From a virus, in the IMG/VR virus record IMGVR_UViG_3300045988_126851, positions 1-64,000 of that record: 64,000 bases of DNA. One strand, 5' to 3'. The notes beneath the pieces were generated by a model. It did no database searches, was not told the origin of the DNA, and saw only the letters and a program-made list of their open reading frames with translations. Below are positions 10,063 through 18,916 of this stretch, one piece after another. The position numbers and the translations under genes were made by a program. The first letter of the stretch is position 1. Each line of letters opens with the position of its first letter.

Positions 10063-11537
10063 CTTGCTTTAGTATTTTGGTCTCCTCGAGAAGGGGCCGG
10101 GTTAGTTTTATCTCTTGATCTACGAGCAGATTGGTTTTTGTCAGCCTGCCTTTGTTTCTTTTTAGTACCCTCTTGGGGATCAGTATTACCATCCTGATCT
10201 TCTAAAGGAACTCTTGGTTCTTTTTCATCGGGTGAATCATAGCCCATTGCCCAAGCATATTGATCTTGGCTAATGATACCTGCCTTATATAATAAGTCAA
10301 GGTTCTGTATCTTATATTGGAGACCCTGTTGGATTTTAACTTCATCAGAAACGGTAGAAGTTCCCCAATCAATCTTTATCCCCTTATTATTAAAACCTGC
10401 CAGACGCAGTTCTAGAGAATAAATTCTATCCAATACGTAAGCTACAATCATTTGGATATTTTTTAACTGGCTAATCATCTTAGATAACATTATGCCAGTT
10501 GCACCTTCACCAGTAGTAGATGATACCCCAATGATGGAACCATTAACCCCTAAACCATTAGCTACTGATTGTTGGTTCATATTCCAAGGCTTCTCTATAT
10601 TACCCAATTCCTTGGTAGTAGAGTTAAGCTTGAATTCATGATCATCAATGTAACCAGTAACTATACCATCCTTTAATCCTTCCCGAAGATTTCTTTTAAG
10701 GTTTAAAAGGATTCGATTTAATCGGTTCTCATAAGCTGATGCAGATTCACTTGCCATCTGATCAGGTTTTGCCATCTTAGCTTCAAGAAAACCAATCATA
10801 CCGGCAACTTCCATAATATGCTTGAAATTAATCTTCATATCATGTTGGGTTTTTAATGAATCAAGAGAAGTCATAAAAGGAGGAATCCCATAAGGCTCAT
10901 CTGTATCATTAAACATACCGGAATAAATATAGGTTTCTGTATTTAGCTTTATATAATCTTCTTTTCGATTATTGGTGAAAGCTACATTCTTTTGGTAAGG
11001 TTGATAAACTCCATTGTTTTCCCTTTTGAATACTATATTCTCGGGTCTTAGGAATAGGATAGTTGCTAGTCCCTCTAATTTATCATCGGGAACACATTCA
11101 ATAGAAATAGCCCCACTAACTAAGAGTTGAACTATCATTTTGTTTACTAATCCATCAATCCCAGCAGAATACGTTGACCATTTTTTGGTAGCATTCTTTA
11201 GATGTTCTCTCATCTTACTTGCTTCCTCATCCGTATTATTAGGGAATGTAATTAAGTGACCGGTATTAGACAACTTAAACATATCCTGAAGAGCAATGCC
11301 CACATCCGGATTTACCTTATATAGATCTCGAATGAAAGGTATTATCTCTGTACGGAAAGAAGGACTTACCATATAAGTAAGCCCTTTTAAGGAAGAAATA
11401 AAATTAGAATCTTCTGGAACCGATACCCTACCTGGAGATACTGAAGGAACATGGTTAGATTTTTTATTACCTTCAGCCTGTGGCATAATGGGAGGATCTT
11501 TCTTCCCAAATGGCCATTTGAAACTAATCTTTTTCAT
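10059..11537 (-). CDS. portal protein
   Basis: 492 aa, with a 4-nt overlap with terL upstream and with the scaffold gene downstream, plus a charged C-terminal tail. The call rests mostly on position and size. Confidence 0.55.
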   Translation of the reverse strand: MKKISFKWPFGKKDPPIMPQAEGNKKSNHVPSVSPGRVSVPEDSNFISSLKGLTYMVSPSFRTEIIPFIRDLYKVNPDVGIALQDMFKLSNTGHLITFPNNTDEEASKMREHLKNATKKWSTYSAGIDGLVNKMIVQLLVSGAISIECVPDDKLEGLATILFLRPENIVFKRENNGVYQPYQKNVAFTNNRKEDYIKLNTETYIYSGMFNDTDEPYGIPPFMTSLDSLKTQHDMKINFKHIMEVAGMIGFLEAKMAKPDQMASESASAYENRLNRILLNLKRNLREGLKDGIVTGYIDDHEFKLNSTTKELGNIEKPWNMNQQSVANGLGVNGSIIGVSSTTGEGATGIMLSKMISQLKNIQMIVAYVLDRIYSLELRLAGFNNKGIKIDWGTSTVSDEVKIQQGLQYKIQNLDLLYKAGIISQDQYAWAMGYDSPDEKEPRVPLEDQDGNTDPQEGTKKKQRQADKNQSARRSRDKTNPAPSRGDQNTKAR

Positions 11538-14080
11538 TTTGGTTGTACAATTATGTTAGTCTTTCCTTTTCGTATGTGATTGCATATTGCTTTTCCGAAA
11601 ATAGAGTCATCAGAATAGACATCACCTTCAAGGTCTATATCTACTGCTGAATTGTTTGCCCTATGCTTACCCATTGCTACTGGTCTACCCAAACCATCAT
11701 AGATAAAAGTATAAGCTTCTTGAACGAAAAATGGATCTTTTATTATAACGTCTTCTTCTCGAATATCTTGTTCAAGATTCTCGATGATTACTGAACGATT
11801 CTTTTGAGTAGTTAACCATCCTGGAGATTTATCTACCTCTGGTCTACTCTTACCCTTTTTCTTCAGCATCTTTTGATAGTAGTACAATTTGGGATACCCT
11901 TCATCCTGAAGCTTGGTAGTTACAGCCATACCAACATCATTGGATTCTGGGGCAATGGTTGCCCAATTATATAATTGACCAGTATCTCCCAGAAGTTTAG
12001 CATACTTATCTATAGGGATTCTACCTTTAAATACTGCTTGTTCTTCTCCTTGCTTATCCATACAAGTAAAAGCTGAGTAGTCAGAAGCTCTACCAGTTGA
12101 AACGTCTGCCCCGATAAAATATTCTTTATCTGATTGAGGTTCAAGATATTGTCTATACTGACCATTAAACCTTTTCTTAATAACTGGGTAATCACTAAGG
12201 CAGTCTTCGATAGCCTTTATATCAGCTAAATCGAAGACTGTATTTCCTGATGATAAGAAGTCACCATCTATTTCTTGAGCAGTTCTCTTTGGGCCAAGAG
12301 CAGAAGCCATTTGCTTATACCAGTTTTCATCTCGTTCTGGGTGCATTTGCCAATATAACCGGATTGGGTTAAATGGGTTACCTCCTGCAATGGCATCTAC
12401 CCAAGTAGAATGGTAAAAGTTCCCTACGCCATAGGGTGTAGAGTTTACGATAGCCGATCCACCAGTATTATGATTGATGTAGTTATTAGCTGATATATAA
12501 GAATTATCATCTTCTACATGAATATCATAAATGGTTCTTTGGCATTTCTTTACTACTTGTAATTTAGAGATATAAACCCTTGAACCTCTTTCAGTTAAGA
12601 TTCTCTTAACAAACTTATGAGCTTGTTTATATTCTGGATATACTTCTCTAGCAATTTCTCTATAAGAGAAACCTTCTTCGGCCATTTCTAAAATTCTACC
12701 TCTTTTTAGGAGGTTTGGCAATTTATCACCTTGAATGCCGAATATGGTTGCATTTAGATTATACTCAAAACTTTTCTTAACGTTATCAGAACTTGATATA
12801 TACCTAAGATTATTTATATGATTACAATCTCTCTGGTTATTTATGTGATCTACTTGAGATTTTGGATTAGGTTTAGGCCCAAGGAAAGCTTCTGCAACCA
12901 ATAAGTGTACTGATCTTTGAAATGTTTTACCTTTTCCTTGATTACGTGTTGACCCTGTTTCTCTTTTTACTCCAGCTTTTTTAAGAGCAACTCTCAGATA
13001 GCCATCTTTATTTGGTCTGGGAGTTAATTCATAAAAACCTCCTCTTGGAGAATCAGAATATACCTTACCAAGATTTGATACAAAATAACCTGGAAATTCT
13101 TCTATGGGTTTTAGGATTTCTTTAGAAGGAGCTTTTACTTGTTTAGGTAGCTTAAGTTGATCTACTTTAGTATCAGCTTGAATGATATTCAGATTTTGAT
13201 CAATGATCTCTTCTACAGTTTTCCATCCCTTAGTAGTAAATAATCTATGTTTTGGGGTATATCCAGCTTTTTTACCTCGATTATCTTTTACAAACCAAGT
13301 CTCTAATTTACCCTTATTCTGGGTCCATAGAATTTTTTTCCATGAACCAGTATGAGTTAAAGTATAATACCCTAAGTTAGATATATCTAAAACTCCTTTT
13401 TGTTTGGGGCAAAGAGTTCTTAATTTAATTTGCTCGGTTATTGGTTTTGGATATCCCTTTTTAATTTCCTCATAATGTCTTAAAAAGACAGGAGTTGAGC
13501 CAACCGAGCATGAAAGAGTAGGAAAAGCCGCGGCCCAGATTTGAGCTGCCCATCTTACAATAGCAGCCTCATCAATAACCAGAAGGGAAAGGGATTCTGA
13601 ACGTCCGGCTTCTGAAGATGTAGGAATAGATTCTATGAAAGATCCATTATCGAATTCTATCATGGAAGCAGATCCAAATTCTCCAGCCCTACCATTTATG
13701 ATTGGAGTTTGAAGGTACCATGGGAGATTCTTATACATGAACTTAATCTTCTTGAGTACCTTTTTTGCCGTTGTATCCTTAATAGAGATAATGTTTATCT
13801 TCTTATTCGGATGGTACATCGCTAACCAAAGGCAGTACATAGAAATAAGTTCTGTAATACCAGCCTGACGAAACTTTAGTAAAATGTTGAATCTCTCTTT
13901 TACGAACTGGTATAGTACCGATTTCTGGTAAGGATATAGTTCGAATCTTACCTTTCCTCTTATTGGGTGTATCACATAACAAAAGAGACTAAAGAGAAAT
14001 ACATCATTAGGAACTTTAGCCAGTATCCCTAATTCCTCTCTTGTAAGGTTTGTATTTTCTGTTATAATCTTTTTTGCCAT
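11534..14080 (-). CDS. terL: terminase large subunit interrupted by an intein
   Basis: ATPase Walker A-like LKFRQAGITELIS and Walker B LLVIDEAA. The TerL motif is split as ...AAFPTLS / intein / TGGSAIVNSTPYG. The exteins total about 500 aa. Confidence 0.9.
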   Translation of the reverse strand: MAKKIITENTNLTREELGILAKVPNDVFLFSLFCYVIHPIRGKVRFELYPYQKSVLYQFVKERFNILLKFRQAGITELISMYCLWLAMYHPNKKINIISIKDTTAKKVLKKIKFMYKNLPWYLQTPIINGRAGEFGSASMIEFDNGSFIESIPTSSEAGRSESLSLLVIDEAAIVRWAAQIWAAAFPTLSCSVGSTPVFLRHYEEIKKGYPKPITEQIKLRTLCPKQKGVLDISNLGYYTLTHTGSWKKILWTQNKGKLETWFVKDNRGKKAGYTPKHRLFTTKGWKTVEEIIDQNLNIIQADTKVDQLKLPKQVKAPSKEILKPIEEFPGYFVSNLGKVYSDSPRGGFYELTPRPNKDGYLRVALKKAGVKRETGSTRNQGKGKTFQRSVHLLVAEAFLGPKPNPKSQVDHINNQRDCNHINNLRYISSSDNVKKSFEYNLNATIFGIQGDKLPNLLKRGRILEMAEEGFSYREIAREVYPEYKQAHKFVKRILTERGSRVYISKLQVVKKCQRTIYDIHVEDDNSYISANNYINHNTGGSAIVNSTPYGVGNFYHSTWVDAIAGGNPFNPIRLYWQMHPERDENWYKQMASALGPKRTAQEIDGDFLSSGNTVFDLADIKAIEDCLSDYPVIKKRFNGQYRQYLEPQSDKEYFIGADVSTGRASDYSAFTCMDKQGEEQAVFKGRIPIDKYAKLLGDTGQLYNWATIAPESNDVGMAVTTKLQDEGYPKLYYYQKMLKKKGKSRPEVDKSPGWLTTQKNRSVIIENLEQDIREEDVIIKDPFFVQEAYTFIYDGLGRPVAMGKHRANNSAVDIDLEGDVYSDDSIFGKAICNHIRKGKTNIIVQPK
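12467..13510 (-). mobile_element. intein (348 aa) with an HNH homing-endonuclease domain inside terL
   Basis: Starts with Cys (CSVGSTPVFL, codon 13508-13510). Block B reads TPKHRLFT. It ends ...YDIHVEDDNSYISANNYINHN (Asn codon 12467-12469), followed by +1 Thr. The internal NUMOD4/HNH-like region is FPGYFVSNLGKVYS...VHLLVAEAF...VDHINNQRDCNHINNLRY. Confidence 0.85.
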
Positions 14081-14081
14081 A

Positions 14082-14696
14082 TCAAAATTTATATTGAACT
14101 GAAAACTCTAAATCAGTACCTATTCCCGATTGGAATTTCGGGTAGTAGAAAGCATTGATTCCGAGTTTGTAATTAAATCGGTTAGTCTTGAACTCAATTC
14201 CAGTACCCATGTCTAACAGATTGTTGAAAGGTCTGTATTTACCATAGATGTAAGGATTAAGTGAAAATCTCTTTATCCTTTTCTGGGTTAATTGACCTTC
14301 ATACCAGTTATAACTGTACTTATCTAGATCGATTTGGAATAATCTAGTTGAGTAAGTATTGGTTTCCTTATTGAGTAGACTTAAGTTCAATTGATTCCTC
14401 TTCAAAACAACTTGAACCAGAGAATCTTGTTTACTGATAAGATGCTGTCTTATGGGATTATCAGGAAGAGAGTCAGACTTCTTCTTATCGTAAACTAAGA
14501 TTCTATCTGGTTCTTTTTCTTCTGAGAATTTTTTCTCAGGTTTGAAAGGTTTCTTGATGTAAACTGTATCTGGGATTTCATTGACTGCTTGTTCCAGAGA
14601 ATTAACCTCTCGAGAAAGTTTGTAATTCCTGAAGCAAAGGTAAATAGTAAATCCTACTAATAGGATTAACGTAACGATATTTTTGGCTTTCTTCAT
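14082..14696 (-). CDS. membrane-anchored beta-rich protein
   Basis: N-terminal anchor MKKAKNIVTLILLVGFTIYLC. The C-terminal part is aromatic and beta-rich and ends in ...EFSVQYKF. It sits where a small terminase would be expected but does not look like one. Confidence 0.5.
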   Translation of the reverse strand: MKKAKNIVTLILLVGFTIYLCFRNYKLSREVNSLEQAVNEIPDTVYIKKPFKPEKKFSEEKEPDRILVYDKKKSDSLPDNPIRQHLISKQDSLVQVVLKRNQLNLSLLNKETNTYSTRLFQIDLDKYSYNWYEGQLTQKRIKRFSLNPYIYGKYRPFNNLLDMGTGIEFKTNRFNYKLGINAFYYPKFQSGIGTDLEFSVQYKF

Positions 14697-14794
14697 AAAC
14701 TAATAATATAATCTTAATAAACCCAGTACAAAAGAAGAAAAAAAAACCTCCTAAAAAAAAGAAGAATAAAGAATACAAGATAATATATATTTCC

Positions 14795-14822
14795 AATCAA
14801 TGGTTGTATACAACCATTGATT
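14795..14822. repeat. perfect 28-bp palindrome
   Basis: aatcaatggttgta/tacaaccattgatt, verified base by base. Confidence 0.95.
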
Positions 14823-14849
14823 ACATTGGTTGATTCCATCAACCAATGT
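14823..14849. repeat. hairpin with 12-bp arms and a 3-nt loop, directly abutting the palindrome
   Basis: acattggttgat-tcc-atcaaccaatgt. The arms are related to the neighbouring palindrome half-site (ATCAA-NNNN-TGT). Confidence 0.95.
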
Positions 14850-14997
14850 AGGTAGAATGAATAATGATTATTATTGATACCTACCTATTGAGGTTAATTG
14901 TATAGAAGGTTTTAAGAAGGAATTCCTGAAAGGGAGGAAGTTTTCCCTTCTAGTACTTTTTGACACTTTTAAAGTCTTTTAACATTTAATCAAATCA

Positions 14998-15396
14998 TCA
15001 ACTTACCTTAGTTCTCTTAGTCTTTAAGCTCCTAGCATGCTTTCTAGTAATATTTTCTCCTAATATTAGGGCCTTACTCGATTTCTTTTCAACCAACTTT
15101 GGTGAAATAGCTTCATACCAACCATCTATTTGAGAGGCGCAAGCATCTAGTAAATTTAAATATTCCATCTTCTTAGCTTCGAATGATTTTAACATTTTAG
15201 GCAATAAAAATCGGCTTTTTGAAACCGATTTTAAATTTGGGTTCAAACTCCAGTAGTAAGAAGCTAAAGCACTACTAAGTTTAGATTCTTCAGCTAGTAC
15301 TTCTGATTCTAACTTCATTAATTTATATATTAATTTCACTTTAGAACCAGGTAGGTTTTTAATAAAATCCTCAGGTAATCTTGGTAAAGTTTTCAT
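14998..15396 (-). CDS. hypothetical protein
   Basis: 132-aa ORF, co-directional, followed by the palindrome pair. Confidence 0.5.
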   Translation of the reverse strand: MKTLPRLPEDFIKNLPGSKVKLIYKLMKLESEVLAEESKLSSALASYYWSLNPNLKSVSKSRFLLPKMLKSFEAKKMEYLNLLDACASQIDGWYEAISPKLVEKKSSKALILGENITRKHARSLKTKRTKVS

Positions 15397-15447
15397 ATTA
15401 TATTTATGGTATTAAGTTAGTTATATATATATGTATAATCCAATAGT

Positions 15448-16452
15448 CTACTTATCGGAGGCGTTTCTAATGCACCTTTTAAACCAAATCCCAATTTCTC
15501 CAACTGCCCCTTTGGCAATTGTATACCTTGCCTTGTTAAGCCAGTAAAGATAATTGCCTTCATCCATGAAAATCTTGTAGGGTTTAGGAAATCCCATGAT
15601 TGCCTTGAAATCCAAAATCCCAAGAGGATAACCATCGGGTCGGAATTGTCTATCGGCAGGTCTCAGTGTTAAGGGGGATTTATCTTCTTCCAATCTGTAT
15701 ACTCCTGGGAGGGTACTCATCTTTGCTGTTTTGATTGGCCATTTCTTTTCAGCATGGAATGCTCCTACCCAAAGTCTATGTATTTTCTTTACTGTAAGAT
15801 TTTTCTTTTCGGGAAGTTTTCGATAGTCATACATTGCCAGGGTTTTATCCAAGGGTATGTTATAATTTAATGGATTCTGGTAATCGTTAAGTAGATTTCT
15901 AGTAATTGTTGGGTTTTTTACTTGAAATACTTCATTGAAAGCATTCAAATATTTCTTACCGGTTTTTCTATGTACTCCGATGATAAGTAATCTCTTTCGT
16001 GATAACTGTGAGTTCCCATAATCAGAAACCGACCTTTCGTGAAAAATAAGTTTATAATCTTCGAAAGTTTTTTGAAGGTATTCCTTTGGTAGCAGAGATA
16101 GCAAACGAGGCAAGTTTTCTATAAGAAATATCTTAGGTTTATAATGTAAGATTGATTGAATCACTAGATTTAGGGATTTATTCTCTTGGGGATTACCCAA
16201 TTCTTTTACTTTTGAAAGCCTCATAATGGAGGATGCTCCACAATCTGGGCTTGAAAGTATGATGTCTGGCTTACAGTCTGGAAAAGCCCCATCTTTATAA
16301 TAGGGTATATCCCCAAAGTTTAATTTCCACTGTTCTAGACCCTTAGTATAAAATACTCCTCTAATTTCTAGATTAGCTATCAAATTCTTTCTAAAAGGAA
16401 ACAAAAGGATGCCTGCACCCGCAGACACCCCTAATACTTTTAATTTTTTCAT
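15448..16452 (-). CDS. divergent DNA C5-cytosine methyltransferase-like protein
   Basis: Motif I-like LGVSAGAG, motif IV-like SSPDCGASS (a Cys is present but the canonical PCQ is not), motif VI IFLIENLPRL, motif VIII-like SQLSRKRLLIIG, motif X-like IAKGAV. The start is placed at MKKLKVLG (ATG 16450-16452), which forms an ATGA overlap with the upstream stop. Confidence 0.55.
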   Translation of the reverse strand: MKKLKVLGVSAGAGILLFPFRKNLIANLEIRGVFYTKGLEQWKLNFGDIPYYKDGAFPDCKPDIILSSPDCGASSIMRLSKVKELGNPQENKSLNLVIQSILHYKPKIFLIENLPRLLSLLPKEYLQKTFEDYKLIFHERSVSDYGNSQLSRKRLLIIGVHRKTGKKYLNAFNEVFQVKNPTITRNLLNDYQNPLNYNIPLDKTLAMYDYRKLPEKKNLTVKKIHRLWVGAFHAEKKWPIKTAKMSTLPGVYRLEEDKSPLTLRPADRQFRPDGYPLGILDFKAIMGFPKPYKIFMDEGNYLYWLNKARYTIAKGAVGEIGIWFKRCIRNASDK

Positions 16453-16889
16453 TTCTTGTAGCTTCTCAGTTTTATGTAAGACATCCATGAAAAGGGTAAT
16501 CTTTCTTTGAGATAATCCCATTTGGTATCATTCGAATGAGCTTCTTCTTCGAAACTTACATCGTGATATCGATCATTCTGCTTATCCCAACCTGCAAAAG
16601 TTAAGATGATCAAATATTCGATTCCATACCATAAGTAGAAGAATCCAAAAGCAATTATGGGAATAATCCACCAGGGAGCTCCTAAACCAGCTACGATGAT
16701 ACCAATAATCAATCCCAGGATAAAGCATTCTATCTGTTGTACCTGATGAATACACTCATGATTTATATTATCCCATTCATATACCTCTTCATCATACTTG
16801 AAGAAAGAATTGAAAAATAAGGTTATTGCTGTGTAATTCTTGGCTAGAATCAACTTTGCTAACCAATTATTGAAGTGACATCTTTTCAT
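16449..16889 (-). CDS. membrane protein with HExxH motif (holin or membrane metallopeptidase candidate)
   Basis: HECIH is followed by two or three hydrophobic helices (FILGLIIGIIVAGLGAPWWIIPIIAFGFFYLWYGIEYLIILTF). It overlaps the endolysin gene by 4 nt. Confidence 0.45.
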   Translation of the reverse strand: MKRCHFNNWLAKLILAKNYTAITLFFNSFFKYDEEVYEWDNINHECIHQVQQIECFILGLIIGIIVAGLGAPWWIIPIIAFGFFYLWYGIEYLIILTFAGWDKQNDRYHDVSFEEEAHSNDTKWDYLKERLPFSWMSYIKLRSYKK

Positions 16890-17485
16890 AACTTATTTTT
16901 GAAGTTTTCGTAAGCATTTCTTAATTTCTGATCGTAAGCATTCTGGGCATATCCAGGGCCATTATATTTTTTGGCAAATCCTGCCCAGTCTTTTTCCTTG
17001 AGTTCTTTCAAACAACCCGAGTTATTCATGAAATAATACATCAATTCCAGTTGTTTTTCATGAGATTCTGACATCTTATGAACGAAATCGAAGACATCTT
17101 TACATCCACATAGGTTGTGATTGAATCCCATGATCTGGAACATTCCCCAACTTGTAGCTTTTAAAGCACATTCTTCATCAATTTCTTTAGCTAATTCGAG
17201 CCTTTTGTACTCTCCTAAGCCCCCAAAATATTTAGATTTATCCCATTTTGGGTAAAATACCGTAGAGAATTCCTTACAGAGATAAGCTAAGTCTCTATCT
17301 GGGAATTTTTTGTGAAATTCCTTATACATAATGTGCCCCTCAAAAAGGATTTGAGGTCTACCATCGGATAAAAATCCATCTCTACCTGCAGCTTCTACTA
17401 TCTGTACTGATTTTAAGAGAGCTGGTTCTATACCCAATCGGTTAGCCAGATCTTTAATCATCTCATTCGTTAATTTATCTTTCAT
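16886..17485 (-). CDS. N-acetylmuramidase-family endolysin
   Basis: VEAAGRDGFLSDGRPQILFEGHIMYK ... ATSWGMFQIMGFNH matches the Muramidase (DUF3380) family signature E.sG..gf...rp.ilFE.H / sWG.fQimG. Confidence 0.8.
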   Translation of the reverse strand: MKDKLTNEMIKDLANRLGIEPALLKSVQIVEAAGRDGFLSDGRPQILFEGHIMYKEFHKKFPDRDLAYLCKEFSTVFYPKWDKSKYFGGLGEYKRLELAKEIDEECALKATSWGMFQIMGFNHNLCGCKDVFDFVHKMSESHEKQLELMYYFMNNSGCLKELKEKDWAGFAKKYNGPGYAQNAYDQKLRNAYENFKNKL

Positions 17486-17591
17486 AACTTTAGTGTTTTA
17501 AGTTCAATAAACATTGAACAGTATTGCTCATATCCCTATTTTCTAAGTTCTTTGTGTTCTATTATTCCATATAACTTATAAATAATGCAAT

Positions 17592-18080
17592 ATGAATAAG
17601 ACAAATAGATGCCGAATATGTGGCAAATTCATTAATTTAGGGGATTTTGATATGAATCGAGAGATTCCTAAACTTATGAAAGCTCAGGATATTTGTTATG
17701 GATGTGCTTTTTGGTATACTCGATTAGAATATGATAAAAAGCTTGAAAAAGAGAAGAAAATTTCAGTGATTACTCCAGATTATTCTCATTGGATAACTCG
17801 AGTACCCGGAGATATTTTAATGGTCCCTTCAGCTTTCGGGGGAATTTACCAAACTAAACTCCAACCAGTAAACACTTTAGGAGTCATAGATCGAAGTAAG
17901 AAGGAGCTATACATTATCAGATATAATAATATCACTCACCAAGGTACTATTCCGGAGCATCTAAGAAAACTTTTTAAAGTAAACGGAGTATTTCTATCTC
18001 CACAGGAATACAAAATGTTAGAAGATTACCAAGGCAATGCCTATGAATTTATTAAAAATAAGATAGATAATTTTCAATAA
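17592..18080 (+). CDS. zinc-ribbon protein, function unknown
   Basis: CRICGKF...CYGCAFW cysteine pairs at the N terminus. It is the first gene of the plus-strand module. Confidence 0.55.
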   Translation: MNKTNRCRICGKFINLGDFDMNREIPKLMKAQDICYGCAFWYTRLEYDKKLEKEKKISVITPDYSHWITRVPGDILMVPSAFGGIYQTKLQPVNTLGVIDRSKKELYIIRYNNITHQGTIPEHLRKLFKVNGVFLSPQEYKMLEDYQGNAYEFIKNKIDNFQ

Positions 18081-18094
18081 TCAAATAAATTTAG

Positions 18095-18106
18095 TATATT
18101 TGCATA
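18095..18106 (+). promoter_or_regulatory. TATATTTGCATA promoter box (Bacteroidota -7 type TAnnTTTG)
   Basis: Exact 12-mer, with 20 nt between it and the ATG at 18127. Confidence 0.6.
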
Positions 18107-18126
18107 AACAAATTAATTAACGAATT

Positions 18127-18504
18127 ATGAAAGAAAAATTAAAAGAGGGTACAAGGGTAATCTACTCAAATTCAGAGAATCCTACCTTGATGGAAGAAGT
18201 AGAAGTAGTTTCGGTAGATAAAAAAGAAGGAGTTGCTGCTCTGAGTAATAAAGTAAAGGTAACTCGATTGCCTAATTTGGATGGAGTTTATAAAAGAGTA
18301 GGCAATAATCTTCAAGGATTTGCATTACCAATTAACTCAGAGAATGAGGAAAGATTTAAAAGGTTCAAGGCATATTTCTCTATCAAACGTTCTATAGAAA
18401 AATTAGCTTCTTATGGAGATGATATTAAAGGATGGGAAATCTCTAAATTAGAGAAGGTTCAAGGCAAATTATCCAAGGTAATCAACTTAATCGAAGAAAA
18501 ATAA
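18127..18504 (+). CDS. hypothetical protein
   Basis: 125-aa ORF preceded by the promoter box. Confidence 0.6.
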   Translation: MKEKLKEGTRVIYSNSENPTLMEEVEVVSVDKKEGVAALSNKVKVTRLPNLDGVYKRVGNNLQGFALPINSENEERFKRFKAYFSIKRSIEKLASYGDDIKGWEISKLEKVQGKLSKVINLIEEK

Positions 18505-18683
18505 TGTGGGTGATTCTTTACACAGTATATGCGGTTTGTTTTTTGCCAGCAGTGATTCTTACTAAGCTTTGTAAGAGATATTTGGGTTTAAATGAATTCA
18601 TTACTTTCATCAGTATCTGGTTAGTTTTGCCTTTGTTCCCAATATATTGTTTAATCCAATACTTAAAACATTTGAGATTATGA
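18504..18683 (+). CDS. small two-helix membrane protein (59 aa, below the ORF-track cutoff)
   Basis: MWVILYTVYAVCFLPAVILTKLCKRYLGLNEFITFISIWLVLPLFPIYCLIQYLKHLRL. Its ATG overlaps the upstream stop (TAATG) and its stop overlaps the next ATG (ATGA). Confidence 0.5.
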   Translation: MWVILYTVYAVCFLPAVILTKLCKRYLGLNEFITFISIWLVLPLFPIYCLIQYLKHLRL

Positions 18684-18916
18684 GACATTATTTCGATTCA
18701 AACAACAACTATAGAGGTTGGTCTGCCAGTACTCAAGAACTTATATTATACATATTGTTCTTGGTTTTATTCCCAGTTATAATTATATTTGGGGTATTAT
18801 TTTTTCCTTTAATTTATCTGGGTTGCTACTTTAATCAGGGTAAATTCTGGGAGAAGAATAAAATAGGCCTTACATTTGCCTTAGCATTCTGGGTAATTGC
18901 ATTATTCGTAATTTAA
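18680..18916 (+). CDS. small membrane protein
   Basis: The start is moved to MRHYFDS (ATGA coupling with the preceding small ORF). Two hydrophobic helices. Confidence 0.5.
   Translation: MRHYFDSNNNYRGWSASTQELILYILFLVLFPVIIIFGVLFFPLIYLGCYFNQGKFWEKNKIGLTFALAFWVIALFVI

Noticed and set aside
14602-14796. 64-aa ORF rich in Phe (14602..14796)
   Set aside because: It is a translation of the poly-A/T intergenic run plus the 5' end of 14082..14696, and is low-complexity.
15417-15635. 72-aa ORF overlapping the 3' end of the methyltransferase-like gene
   Set aside because: It is out of frame and nested in a longer ORF that carries recognisable motifs.
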